A stretch of 64,000 nt of DNA from Pseudomonadales bacterium. Its GTDB lineage: Bacteria > Pseudomonadota > Gammaproteobacteria > Pseudomonadales > IMCC2047. The notes below the pieces were generated by a model that was given only the letters and a program-made list of their open reading frames with translations, had not been told where the DNA came from and ran no database searches. Within the stretch, counting starts at the first letter, position 1. Every line of letters begins with the position of its first letter. Made by a program: the position numbers and the translations under genes. Positions 29,661 to 37,204 of this stretch are shown piece after piece. The stretch lies in assembly GCA_024234615.1 (NCBI GenBank), contig JACKNY010000002.1:398111-462110 (forward strand). Direction: 5' to 3'.

Positions 29661-29894
29661 AACGACAACCCTCTGAACATTAACAATACCAGGACATGTA
29701 AACCTTAGCGATGCAGCTAGGGAGGTTCTGATTAATACCTTGATATTTCTAGCTCACAAAGCATTTGTAGATCAAGACGGCAACAATCTGCAGACCTTGT
29801 AAACAAAGCCAACGCAAAACTACAAATGCTCTACAAGCCCTATAAGGCGATCACTTATAAAATGCTAGAATGGCCCAAAATCTTATCGATCGGC

Positions 29895-30515
29895 CTAACC
29901 AAGAATGGCAATTAACTCAACATCAAAAATCAATGCTGCATAAGGTTTAATTTTACCACCCGCGCCGCGCTCACCGTAAGCCAGTTTATGCGGCAGATAG
30001 AGACGCCATTTTGAGCCGACAGGCATCATCATCAACGCTTCAGTCCAGCCAGAAATAACACCATTGACTGGAAATTCTGCAGGCTGACCACGCTGGTAGG
30101 AACTATCGAAAACCGTACCATCAATCAAGGTACCATGATAGTGAGTTCGTACGGTTGAAGTCGCAATTGGCAATTCTCCATCACCTTCTGTAACCACTTC
30201 ATATTGCATGCCAGAGGCTGTGACAGTAACGCCATCACGTTTAGCATTAGCCGCCAAAAATTCCTCTCCGGCAGCAGCCTCCAACTCTCCCTTTTCCGCT
30301 TGCTCAGCTTCCATGCGTGCTCTAATAGCGCTGAAAGCTTCCTCTAACAAGCGCGGATCGACCGCTGATTCCTGCCCACTAACAGCACTCACCAAACCTT
30401 CACTGACCGCCGATACATCCATTCCCTCGAAAGGGTTTTGAACGAGCTGCTCACCCATCTGTCGGCCAATGCCGTAACTCACGCGCTGCTCAACACTCTG
30501 ATACTTTTCTGTCAT
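29895..30515 (-). CDS. fklB: FKBP-type peptidyl-prolyl cis-trans isomerase (FklB-like)
   Basis: FKBP signature YHGTLIDGTVFDSSYQRGQPAEFPVNGVISGWTEAL ... LIFDVELI. The track ORF opens at 30569. ATG 30515 gives a typical protein of about 206 aa. Confidence 0.9.
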   Translation of the reverse strand: MTEKYQSVEQRVSYGIGRQMGEQLVQNPFEGMDVSAVSEGLVSAVSGQESAVDPRLLEEAFSAIRARMEAEQAEKGELEAAAGEEFLAANAKRDGVTVTASGMQYEVVTEGDGELPIATSTVRTHYHGTLIDGTVFDSSYQRGQPAEFPVNGVISGWTEALMMMPVGSKWRLYLPHKLAYGERGAGGKIKPYAALIFDVELIAILG

Positions 30516-30732
30516 CCCACTCTCTCTCAACCAATAAATAAAAGTTCGGCAGTCTAACACATACCTCAAGCTTTAATAAAACAACCCTAAGTCCAACCAC
30601 CTTATCTACCAGCTTTACCCAGATAACTGCTCATATAACTAGCCAGTTTTTATCAGGGCTGGTGGATGCTTGCCACACAAACCGATATCATTGCGGTCGT
30701 TTGTTCAAATACGATAGGGGTTCGATAACTAT

Positions 30733-31128
30733 ATGATTGCTACTCTCACTGATTTAATTACCGCTGCTCAAGAGCAAACCGAGCCACAGCGTTTACTCTT
30801 TCTGTTTGCCAAAGCCGAGGCTCAAAACAAAAAGAAAAAGAGTAAACGCCAACACAGCGGCACGATCAGCCCGGTTATGTGCGTCGATAAGTTGCCTGAA
30901 GAAATAACCTCATTTAAAGCGCTGGTAGCGGAGGCGGATAATATCACCAACGAGTGGGATTTCATGCTGGTTGCCGGGCTAAGCGGCGCAAAAGGCAACG
31001 CACCAAGCACGGAGGATGCTGAGCCTCATCTGAATAAAATGGCGAACGACCTAATGTCCGGGCAAGATCTATCCCAATACATTATCTTCGACCGTACTGA
31101 AAACCCTATTGTGGTGCAGGCCAGGTAG
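30733..31128 (+). CDS. hypothetical protein (131 aa)
   Basis: ORF from the track with no recognisable domain. It contains a lysine-rich patch (NKKKKSKRQ). Confidence 0.5.
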   Translation: MIATLTDLITAAQEQTEPQRLLFLFAKAEAQNKKKKSKRQHSGTISPVMCVDKLPEEITSFKALVAEADNITNEWDFMLVAGLSGAKGNAPSTEDAEPHLNKMANDLMSGQDLSQYIIFDRTENPIVVQAR

Positions 31129-31162
31129 CAATTGATTTTACGACCTGGCGTGGCTTTCTTTC

Positions 31163-31624
31163 TTACAATCGATAGCTTCTGTAACGCGTCGGGTCGTAAA
31201 CAATCAACTCATAGTTGGATTGTAAAAACGACACTAAATTGACCAGTTGTGTTACCGTCATCACGTCATTGTAGATGGTCATTTTTGATACTTCTCCATC
31301 TCCAACTTCACTATCTGGATAGCCTTCCGCTAAGCGATGGGAAGGATTAATCACCGAGGTCACCAGCTCACCATAAGTCTTTATCTTGCTGACCTTCCCG
31401 CCCAATTTCACAGAAATTTTGGGCTCTTTCCCATCCGGTTTGAGCTGTTCAATGCCTGCAATTTGGTGGCAACTATGACATTTAAGTTGGATGAAGGCAG
31501 ATTTACCCAAAGCCGGGTCGCCTTCAGGTAAAGAAAAGCCTTTTGAAGATTTGGGGCCACCACTATCACAGCCAGCAAGCACCACTGTCAGGACAATAGC
31601 AATAAGCACAAATAAAGTTTTCAT
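31163..31624 (-). CDS. c-type cytochrome lipoprotein
   Basis: Lipobox VLAGC. There is a single CHSCH haem-binding motif. ATG 31624 is preceded by AGGAG. Confidence 0.75.
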   Translation of the reverse strand: MKTLFVLIAIVLTVVLAGCDSGGPKSSKGFSLPEGDPALGKSAFIQLKCHSCHQIAGIEQLKPDGKEPKISVKLGGKVSKIKTYGELVTSVINPSHRLAEGYPDSEVGDGEVSKMTIYNDVMTVTQLVNLVSFLQSNYELIVYDPTRYRSYRL

Positions 31625-31764
31625 GAATTCTCCTTCCAACAAACAGAATTAATTTCATACAATTACCGATATCAGTAACACCGTCAACCTGCGTTTTTAT
31701 TATCCCCCTGCGGGTGACGCAGCTGTTGACCCACATCAAGGAGTAGCCACTAGCCACTCAGCTC

Positions 31765-32400
31765 TTAATGAAAGATATTATTACCTGGAAAATGTTGCAT
31801 CGCAGTCGCAAACGAAGGCCGTTGCTTCAGCGCAGTATACCAGCGCAGAATATTAGGATATGCGTCCAGGTTTACACTCGTCACTTCATGGGTATGGACG
31901 TAGGCAAATATAATAGTATCGGCCAATGTTATCTCGTTACCAGCCAGGAAATTGGTTTGCTCCAATTGTACTTCTGCCAAAGGTAAATGTAGTGTGAGGC
32001 ATTCCTGGGCTTCCGCCAACTGTGCTTGGTCCGCTGAGCCTCCAAAAAATTTCGTCTTAACTATTTCCTCATAAAAGTAAGTTGTCAGCCATCGACCAAT
32101 ATGCAATGAACCAAAATCAATCCATTGATCGATTTTGGCTTTTGCCATAGCATCTCCGCTGTACAAACGCGAACCGCAGGTGCGGGATAAATACCGACAG
32201 ATTGCAGCACTTTCGTAAAGGTACGTTCCATTATCTTCAAGCACTGGCACTTTGCCCAAGGGATGACGCTTTAGATGCTCAGGTGTTTTGTGTTCACCTT
32301 TAGTGACGTCAAGTGCAACATATTTATAGTCCAGTCCTAATTCCTCTGCGGTCAGCAGCACTTTAGTTAGGTTAAAGGTTGGAAAGCCGTATATTTTCAT
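31765..32400 (-). CDS. glutathione S-transferase
   Basis: N-terminal GST fold motifs are present (HPLGKVPVLED, YESAAICRYL), followed by a helical C-terminal domain. Confidence 0.85.
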   Translation of the reverse strand: MKIYGFPTFNLTKVLLTAEELGLDYKYVALDVTKGEHKTPEHLKRHPLGKVPVLEDNGTYLYESAAICRYLSRTCGSRLYSGDAMAKAKIDQWIDFGSLHIGRWLTTYFYEEIVKTKFFGGSADQAQLAEAQECLTLHLPLAEVQLEQTNFLAGNEITLADTIIFAYVHTHEVTSVNLDAYPNILRWYTALKQRPSFATAMQHFPGNNIFH

Positions 32401-32470
32401 TACTATTCTCCTTCGGGTTAACGCCCCTAAAACCAGATAACCTGGTTGAGCGATTTTAAGAAGCCTCTGC

Positions 32471-32926
32471 TTAATTCCTTAACAATGCTTCACGCTTTCT
32501 CCTGATGGCAATTCGGGTTTCTTCGGTGAATCCGTCCAAATCCGTTTCCAAACGTTTCCTAATCTCCACAGGTATTGCTGATTCTTCACTATATTTCATA
32601 CCCCAGCGAATCGTTTCGATCAACACTGGCATTAAGTCTTCACCTTTTTCAGTCAACAGGTAAATGTATTTTTTTCCGTCGCCTGGATCAGGAAACTTTT
32701 GAATCAAACCGTTAAATTCCAGTTGCTTTAGCCGATCCGCTAAAATATTGGTCGAAATACCCTCCGGTGAATTAAGAAAATCTCCGTAGGCTTGTAACTG
32801 ACGAAACATCATGTCACGCACAATTAACAAGGTCCATTTGTCGCCAAACAGCTCCAGGGAAAAGTTAATAGGACAGGATGATCTTGTTGCTTTCTCAGAC
32901 ATGTACCTATTATCTTTCACTTGCAT
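32471..32926 (-). CDS. HxlR family transcriptional regulator
   Basis: The CPINFSLELFGDKWTLLIVRDM winged-helix signature of HxlR/DUF24 is present. An alternative start is ATG 32902. Confidence 0.85.
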   Translation of the reverse strand: MQVKDNRYMSEKATRSSCPINFSLELFGDKWTLLIVRDMMFRQLQAYGDFLNSPEGISTNILADRLKQLEFNGLIQKFPDPGDGKKYIYLLTEKGEDLMPVLIETIRWGMKYSEESAIPVEIRKRLETDLDGFTEETRIAIRRKREALLRN

Positions 32927-32939
32927 TATGCAAGCAAAT

Positions 32940-32976
32940 TAATACAATCACTTGTGTTTTGCAAGTAATTGTATTA
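32940..32976. promoter_or_regulatory. candidate operator: 9-bp inverted repeat upstream of the hxlR-like gene
   Basis: TAATACAAT (32940-32948) and ATTGTATTA (32968-32976) are exact reverse complements 19 bp apart. A TGCAAG direct repeat flanks them. Confidence 0.3.
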
Positions 32977-33049
32977 CTCACAGTCCAGGTCGGGCTGATT
33001 CAAATTCATCACCCATATTTGAGATACGTCGGATGGATTTTAATGAGGA

Positions 33050-33889
33050 CTATTTAAAATCAGTTCTTGATTCAACCCAAGCCATAGGGTCGAGCTGGTA
33101 AAACTCCTTTAATAGACGAAAGAGTTCAGGATGTTCTGACGTCATTTGTGCTGGCTTCTCAAAGAAAGACTCGGTGGCGACGGCAAAAAATTCAGCGGGA
33201 TTGGTCGCACCATAGTGATCCATCACACTTACACGACCATGTTCGGCAGCCATTTGTAATTGCTCGAATTCTTTGCTGAACACTGTTGTCCAGCTCGTAT
33301 AGCCGGCACGAGACGCCAATAAAGGCGCTCCGTTAGTGCTGCCCGACTCACCGTCTAACTGGTGCGCAAATTCATGGAGTACAAGATTTTGTCCATCGGT
33401 AAAATCCTGTGCTCCGTGCCGTACATGATCCCAGGCTAAAATAACCCGACCATTACTCCAGGACTCACCCAGCAATCCTTGATCTTGATGAGTTACCACG
33501 CCCGCTTCCTGCACTTCCACTCGCGGCGCAACAAAAGCCGCTGGGTAGACTAAAATAGATTTCACTTCAGGGTAAACCCGTGTCTTGCGGTTTAATACGA
33601 GCAGGCAGGCTTGTGCGGCAATGGTGACTCTCATTTCATCGGTTAATTCCAGGCCCGCACAACCATAGAACTTTTTTTGGTAGAGGAACTGATTAATTAA
33701 CCGATGCCATTGGTCACGTAATGGCGCTGGCATTTTTATATAAACTGGTAGTGTTACCGTTAATATCTCAACAAAATGCTCTGGAAAAGGCCGGTTAATT
33801 GCCTGTCTATACCTGAGTTTCGGAATCCATAGGGTTAGCACCAAGGCAGCAACCGCAAACAGCAGAAACAGCTCAGCACCATATTTCAT
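33050..33889 (-). CDS. mtfA: MtfA-like zinc peptidase (M90 family)
   Basis: HEFAHQLD zinc motif with a downstream Glu. The family pattern LVYP..., W..G.VILAWD is present. There is an N-terminal hydrophobic helix. Confidence 0.8.
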   Translation of the reverse strand: MKYGAELFLLFAVAALVLTLWIPKLRYRQAINRPFPEHFVEILTVTLPVYIKMPAPLRDQWHRLINQFLYQKKFYGCAGLELTDEMRVTIAAQACLLVLNRKTRVYPEVKSILVYPAAFVAPRVEVQEAGVVTHQDQGLLGESWSNGRVILAWDHVRHGAQDFTDGQNLVLHEFAHQLDGESGSTNGAPLLASRAGYTSWTTVFSKEFEQLQMAAEHGRVSVMDHYGATNPAEFFAVATESFFEKPAQMTSEHPELFRLLKEFYQLDPMAWVESRTDFK

Positions 33890-33890
33890 G

Positions 33891-34865
33891 TCAAATCACA
33901 GAAAGTTTGCACAAACCCATATCAAGGTGGCGCTCAATTAAGGCATTAATTTCACTGGCCTTGGTAAGCCTTTTGATTTGCTGAAATAATAATTCCGCTT
34001 CTGTATATTGAAGCCGTAAAAATGCTAACCATTGCTTGGTGCGATTGCCCACATAGCGGGGACTCCATTGATCACGCAGTTCAAAATGCTGCAGTACCAC
34101 TTCAAGCACTTTATGCCAAGGCAAGGAGCTAACCTGTTCACCCTGATATTGCATTTTGATCTGCCTGGCCAAATCAGGGCATGCCAAGGCACCCCGCCCC
34201 AACATCAAGTCCGTACAGCCACTTTGTGCCTGCGCCTCTAGCGCATCCTGCGGTGACCAAATTTCACCATTCGCAATCACGGCAATTCGCGCCCTAGCTA
34301 GCAGAGGTTTAATATGATGCCAGTGTGCCGGTGGCTGGTAACCATCCGCTCGTGTGCGCGCGTGAATACAAAGTTCACTCGCGCCCGCCTCAACAATGCT
34401 GGCAACGATGTCTTCCAGTAGGCTCGTGTCATTAAAGCCTAAGCGAATCTTTGCCGTTACCAGAATGGCTGGATCAACCGCATCTCGCACCGCTGCAACG
34501 ATTAGTCCCAGCCGCTTTGGCTCTTTGAGCAGAACTGAGCCACCATCATTACGATTAACTATTTTAGCCGGGCAACCGAAATTTATATCTATCCCCGGCG
34601 CTCCCAACGACACCGCTTGTGCTGCATTGGCAGCCATCCAGCTCGGCTGTCCTCCCAATAGCTGGATAAACACAGGCGTACCGGCAGCAGTCCTACCGTT
34701 AGTCTCTAATTCAGGACAGTTTCGGAAAAATACTTTATCAGGAAATTTTTGATCGGTAACCCGCACAAACTCAGTAACACAACGATCGAACCCACCCAGA
34801 CTGGTGAGTATTTCACGCATTTCCATATCGACAACACCTTGCATCGGTGCAAGCACAAGTCGCAT
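33891..34865 (-). CDS. dusC: tRNA-dihydrouridine synthase C
   Basis: Collinear with E. coli DusC as I recall it: LAPM.GV.D...RE.LT, C.TEFVRV, GCP.K.VN, H.RT, VIANGEIW, GRGAL. Confidence 0.88.
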   Translation of the reverse strand: MRLVLAPMQGVVDMEMREILTSLGGFDRCVTEFVRVTDQKFPDKVFFRNCPELETNGRTAAGTPVFIQLLGGQPSWMAANAAQAVSLGAPGIDINFGCPAKIVNRNDGGSVLLKEPKRLGLIVAAVRDAVDPAILVTAKIRLGFNDTSLLEDIVASIVEAGASELCIHARTRADGYQPPAHWHHIKPLLARARIAVIANGEIWSPQDALEAQAQSGCTDLMLGRGALACPDLARQIKMQYQGEQVSSLPWHKVLEVVLQHFELRDQWSPRYVGNRTKQWLAFLRLQYTEAELLFQQIKRLTKASEINALIERHLDMGLCKLSVI

Positions 34866-34867
34866 GG

Positions 34868-35062
34868 CTACTCAGTCAATCCGGCTTTACGCATTCTATT
34901 GTAACGGCGATAGGTTTTACGCAACACCTCACTTTTAGCATCATCAGCTAAGGAGTTCCATTGCTCAATTTCCTGCTCTGTACGAAAGCAGCCTTCACAA
35001 ATTTTATTCTCGTCGAGATGACATACCATGATACAGGGGGATTTAACGTAACTTTTGGTCAT
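34868..35062 (-). CDS. DUF1289 domain-containing protein
   Basis: SPCIMVCHLDENKICEGCFRTEQEIEQW is the DUF1289 Cys motif. The track ORF opens at a TTG (35116), but I prefer ATG 35062. Confidence 0.7.
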   Translation of the reverse strand: MTKSYVKSPCIMVCHLDENKICEGCFRTEQEIEQWNSLADDAKSEVLRKTYRRYNRMRKAGLTE

Positions 35063-35275
35063 TTTTAAGCAGTCGATGTAGTGGCAACTAAGGTGCTCAT
35101 TGTGTGCAAAAACCAATTAAATGGCCAGTAATTTTCCCTTAACCCAAACCGGGCAAACAGACTGTAAGGAGCTTCATTTTAATCTCATACTGAAAACAAT
35201 AATCATTTGCCTTGACTTACCCCAGAGCATGAACGACTATTGCTGAAGAGCCGTGATAAGCGGAATAATTGATAG

Positions 35276-35482
35276 AAACCAACACCTCCAAATACAGCAA
35301 TGAATCAGACCATCGTCAAACACCTCCTCGCAGCCAAACAAGGCTGCAAACGCTTAATGCGCAGTAGCCTAAGCGTCTATCGCATTGGCGTGATGGTCAA
35401 CGGTTCTTGACTTTGAGATAAATTGATAAAGATTTAATCAAAAAGCCTCCAAGGACCCAGATCCCGGAGGCTTTTTTCTTTC
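35276..35482 (+). ncRNA. candidate small RNA or micro-ORF transcript ending at an orphan terminator
   Basis: A strong intrinsic terminator on the + strand has no + strand gene upstream of it. Candidate promoters are TTGACT-17-GACTAT (35212-35240) and TTGCTG-18-AATAAT (35240-35269). There is an internal 7-bp stem ACGCTTA/TAAGCGT. The 5' end is a guess. Confidence 0.35.
35441..35482 (+). terminator. Rho-independent terminator (hairpin plus T-tract)
   Basis: AAAAGCCTCC (35441-35450), 16-nt loop, GGAGGCTTTT (35467-35476), then TTCTTTC. This is a perfect 10-bp stem. The A-run on the 5' side makes it look bidirectional. Confidence 0.8.
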
Positions 35483-35561
35483 TCATCCTATTTTTCCCTC
35501 GAAAGAATTACCTCCAGAATCCGGGTTATTACGACGCTTTGATAACCGCAAGCTTAAGACC

Positions 35562-36800
35562 ATGGATAGAAAACTAGAACTCAATATTATAAAAATTTAC
35601 CTCATGGCGTTTTTCCAGGCTGCGATGGTAATTACCGCTATCTACGTACCCTTACTTCAAGGGTATGGGCTTACAATGGCACAAGTCATGCAAACTCAGG
35701 CGCTTTTCGCCCTGACAGTAGCGGTTAGCGAGGTACCCAGCGGCTATCTTGCTGATCTATGGGGTCGCAAAAACACCATTGTATGTGGAGCGGCACTGTG
35801 CGCAATCGGGTTTAGCTTGCTGTGCTTCGCCGATAGTTATTGGGAATTCATGCTCTACGAGTTGATCCTGGGGGTTGGTATTAGCCTTAATTCCGGTGCC
35901 GATTTAGCTCTACTATATGATACGCAAAGCTATCTAAGCCGCCACGAGTCTGCGGTAAGTAATGGTCAGCATATCTCCAGATTAATTTCTTTGGAGGGGG
36001 TGGCTGGCGCAGTCGCCGCCGTACTGGCAAGTATTCTCATGATCTGGTCTTTACAATGGGTGGTATTGATACAGGCCATTGTCGGATTTGCGCCATTACT
36101 AATCGCGCTAACCCTGGTTGAATCACCAAGAGAGATATCTGTCTCAGGCCATAGAGAGAATGCCACTCGCGTGAAAGCAGCCATTATTGAAAAACCCTTA
36201 GTTTTAAGTATCACACTGGCATTGATTGTATTTAATCTGGCAGCGATTTATGGCTTTTGGTTGTACCAAAAGTACTGGGAAGTGCGTGGTATTCCACTGA
36301 CTTACTTCGGCTATTTATGGGCTCTGCACTGCTTGGTTCGCAGCATCGCCGCTCGTTTTGCCAATGAGGTTGAGTCGTTATTCGGTTCACGCTTAACCCT
36401 GCTACTGGTGGCAATACTCAACATTGTTGGGCTTGCTGGAATGGCCTTAACGCCTGGTTTAATTGGTGTTTATTTGGCACTGCTCCTGCCTATCTCCCGT
36501 GGCGTAGGATCGGTCATACTCTATGACGGGTTAAACAAACGACTCACTTCTGAGTTTCGGGCAACAGTTAATTCGTTAGTAAATTTGGGGTTTCGCTCCA
36601 TTTTTATTCTAACCGGCCCCTTATTAGGCGTCCTGACTGATCGGTACGGAGTGGAATCCAGCCTATTGCTTTTGGCAGCAGTTTTCACTCCCACTTTCGG
36701 CTTTGTACTGTTCTTGTTATTTCGCAGTATTCGTGAGGAAAAAGCTTTAGTTGAAATTGAGGAACACTCTGCGACTTCAATAAACCAACCGATAAGTTGA
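35562..36800 (+). CDS. MFS transporter
   Basis: 412 aa with about 12 TM helices. MFS motif A is present (GYLADLWGRKNT). Confidence 0.8.
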   Translation: MDRKLELNIIKIYLMAFFQAAMVITAIYVPLLQGYGLTMAQVMQTQALFALTVAVSEVPSGYLADLWGRKNTIVCGAALCAIGFSLLCFADSYWEFMLYELILGVGISLNSGADLALLYDTQSYLSRHESAVSNGQHISRLISLEGVAGAVAAVLASILMIWSLQWVVLIQAIVGFAPLLIALTLVESPREISVSGHRENATRVKAAIIEKPLVLSITLALIVFNLAAIYGFWLYQKYWEVRGIPLTYFGYLWALHCLVRSIAARFANEVESLFGSRLTLLLVAILNIVGLAGMALTPGLIGVYLALLLPISRGVGSVILYDGLNKRLTSEFRATVNSLVNLGFRSIFILTGPLLGVLTDRYGVESSLLLLAAVFTPTFGFVLFLLFRSIREEKALVEIEEHSATSINQPIS

Positions 36801-36883
36801 GAGCGACAATCGATCTTAACAGAGGTGACATTGTTTAACGAAAGATGGGGCTGCGCCGAGTAGCTCCATTTCCCTCCCCAGGG

Positions 36884-37057
36884 TCAAAGTCCTTTAACCC
36901 GCTCTTTCCCGCAACGCTCACATTTAAATACCGTCACTAACTTGCCCTGTTTTGAGTCAAAGTGATTATCCTTCACCACTTTCCATTTGTGATGCCCATG
37001 TTGACATAAGCCAAGCGGTTTGGCTTTTTTCTTTTTGAAGGGGAGTATATCGGCCAT
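36884..37057 (-). CDS. possible small zinc-ribbon protein (57 aa, below the track cutoff)
   Basis: Hand translation gives MADILPFKKKKAKPLGLCQHGHHKWKVVKDNHFDSKQGKLVTVFKCERCGKERVKGL. The C-x-H ... C-x2-C arrangement is zinc-ribbon-like. The SD is weak and the ORF overlaps a + strand terminator-like hairpin. Confidence 0.4.
   Translation of the reverse strand: MADILPFKKKKAKPLGLCQHGHHKWKVVKDNHFDSKQGKLVTVFKCERCGKERVKGL
37008..37036 (+). terminator. Rho-independent terminator-like hairpin downstream of the MFS gene
   Basis: AAGCCAA-GCGGT-TTGGCTT followed by TTTTCTTTTT. It lies about 208 nt after the MFS stop codon. Confidence 0.55.
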
Positions 37058-37204
37058 CCTATCTATACCGTGCTCATTTGGATAAGCCTTATCATAATAT
37101 AAAACTACTTATTGAATGGTATAAATGAAATCTAAACTGTGTGCTGAAGCTCGTGAAGGTACACTAGTCAAATTAGCGAGGCTAATAACAAACGTATATT
37201 AGCG

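Noticed and set aside
30542-30547. GAACTT (minus strand) upstream of fklB resembling a sigma-E -35 element
   Set aside because: No TCNAA-type -10 element lies at the required spacing of about 16 nt, and it would sit too close to the start codon.
35300-35410. 36-codon ORF inside the candidate sRNA region
   Set aside because: There is no purine-rich SD upstream (CCAACACCTCCAAATACAGCA precedes the ATG). I keep it only as an alternative explanation in the sRNA finding.
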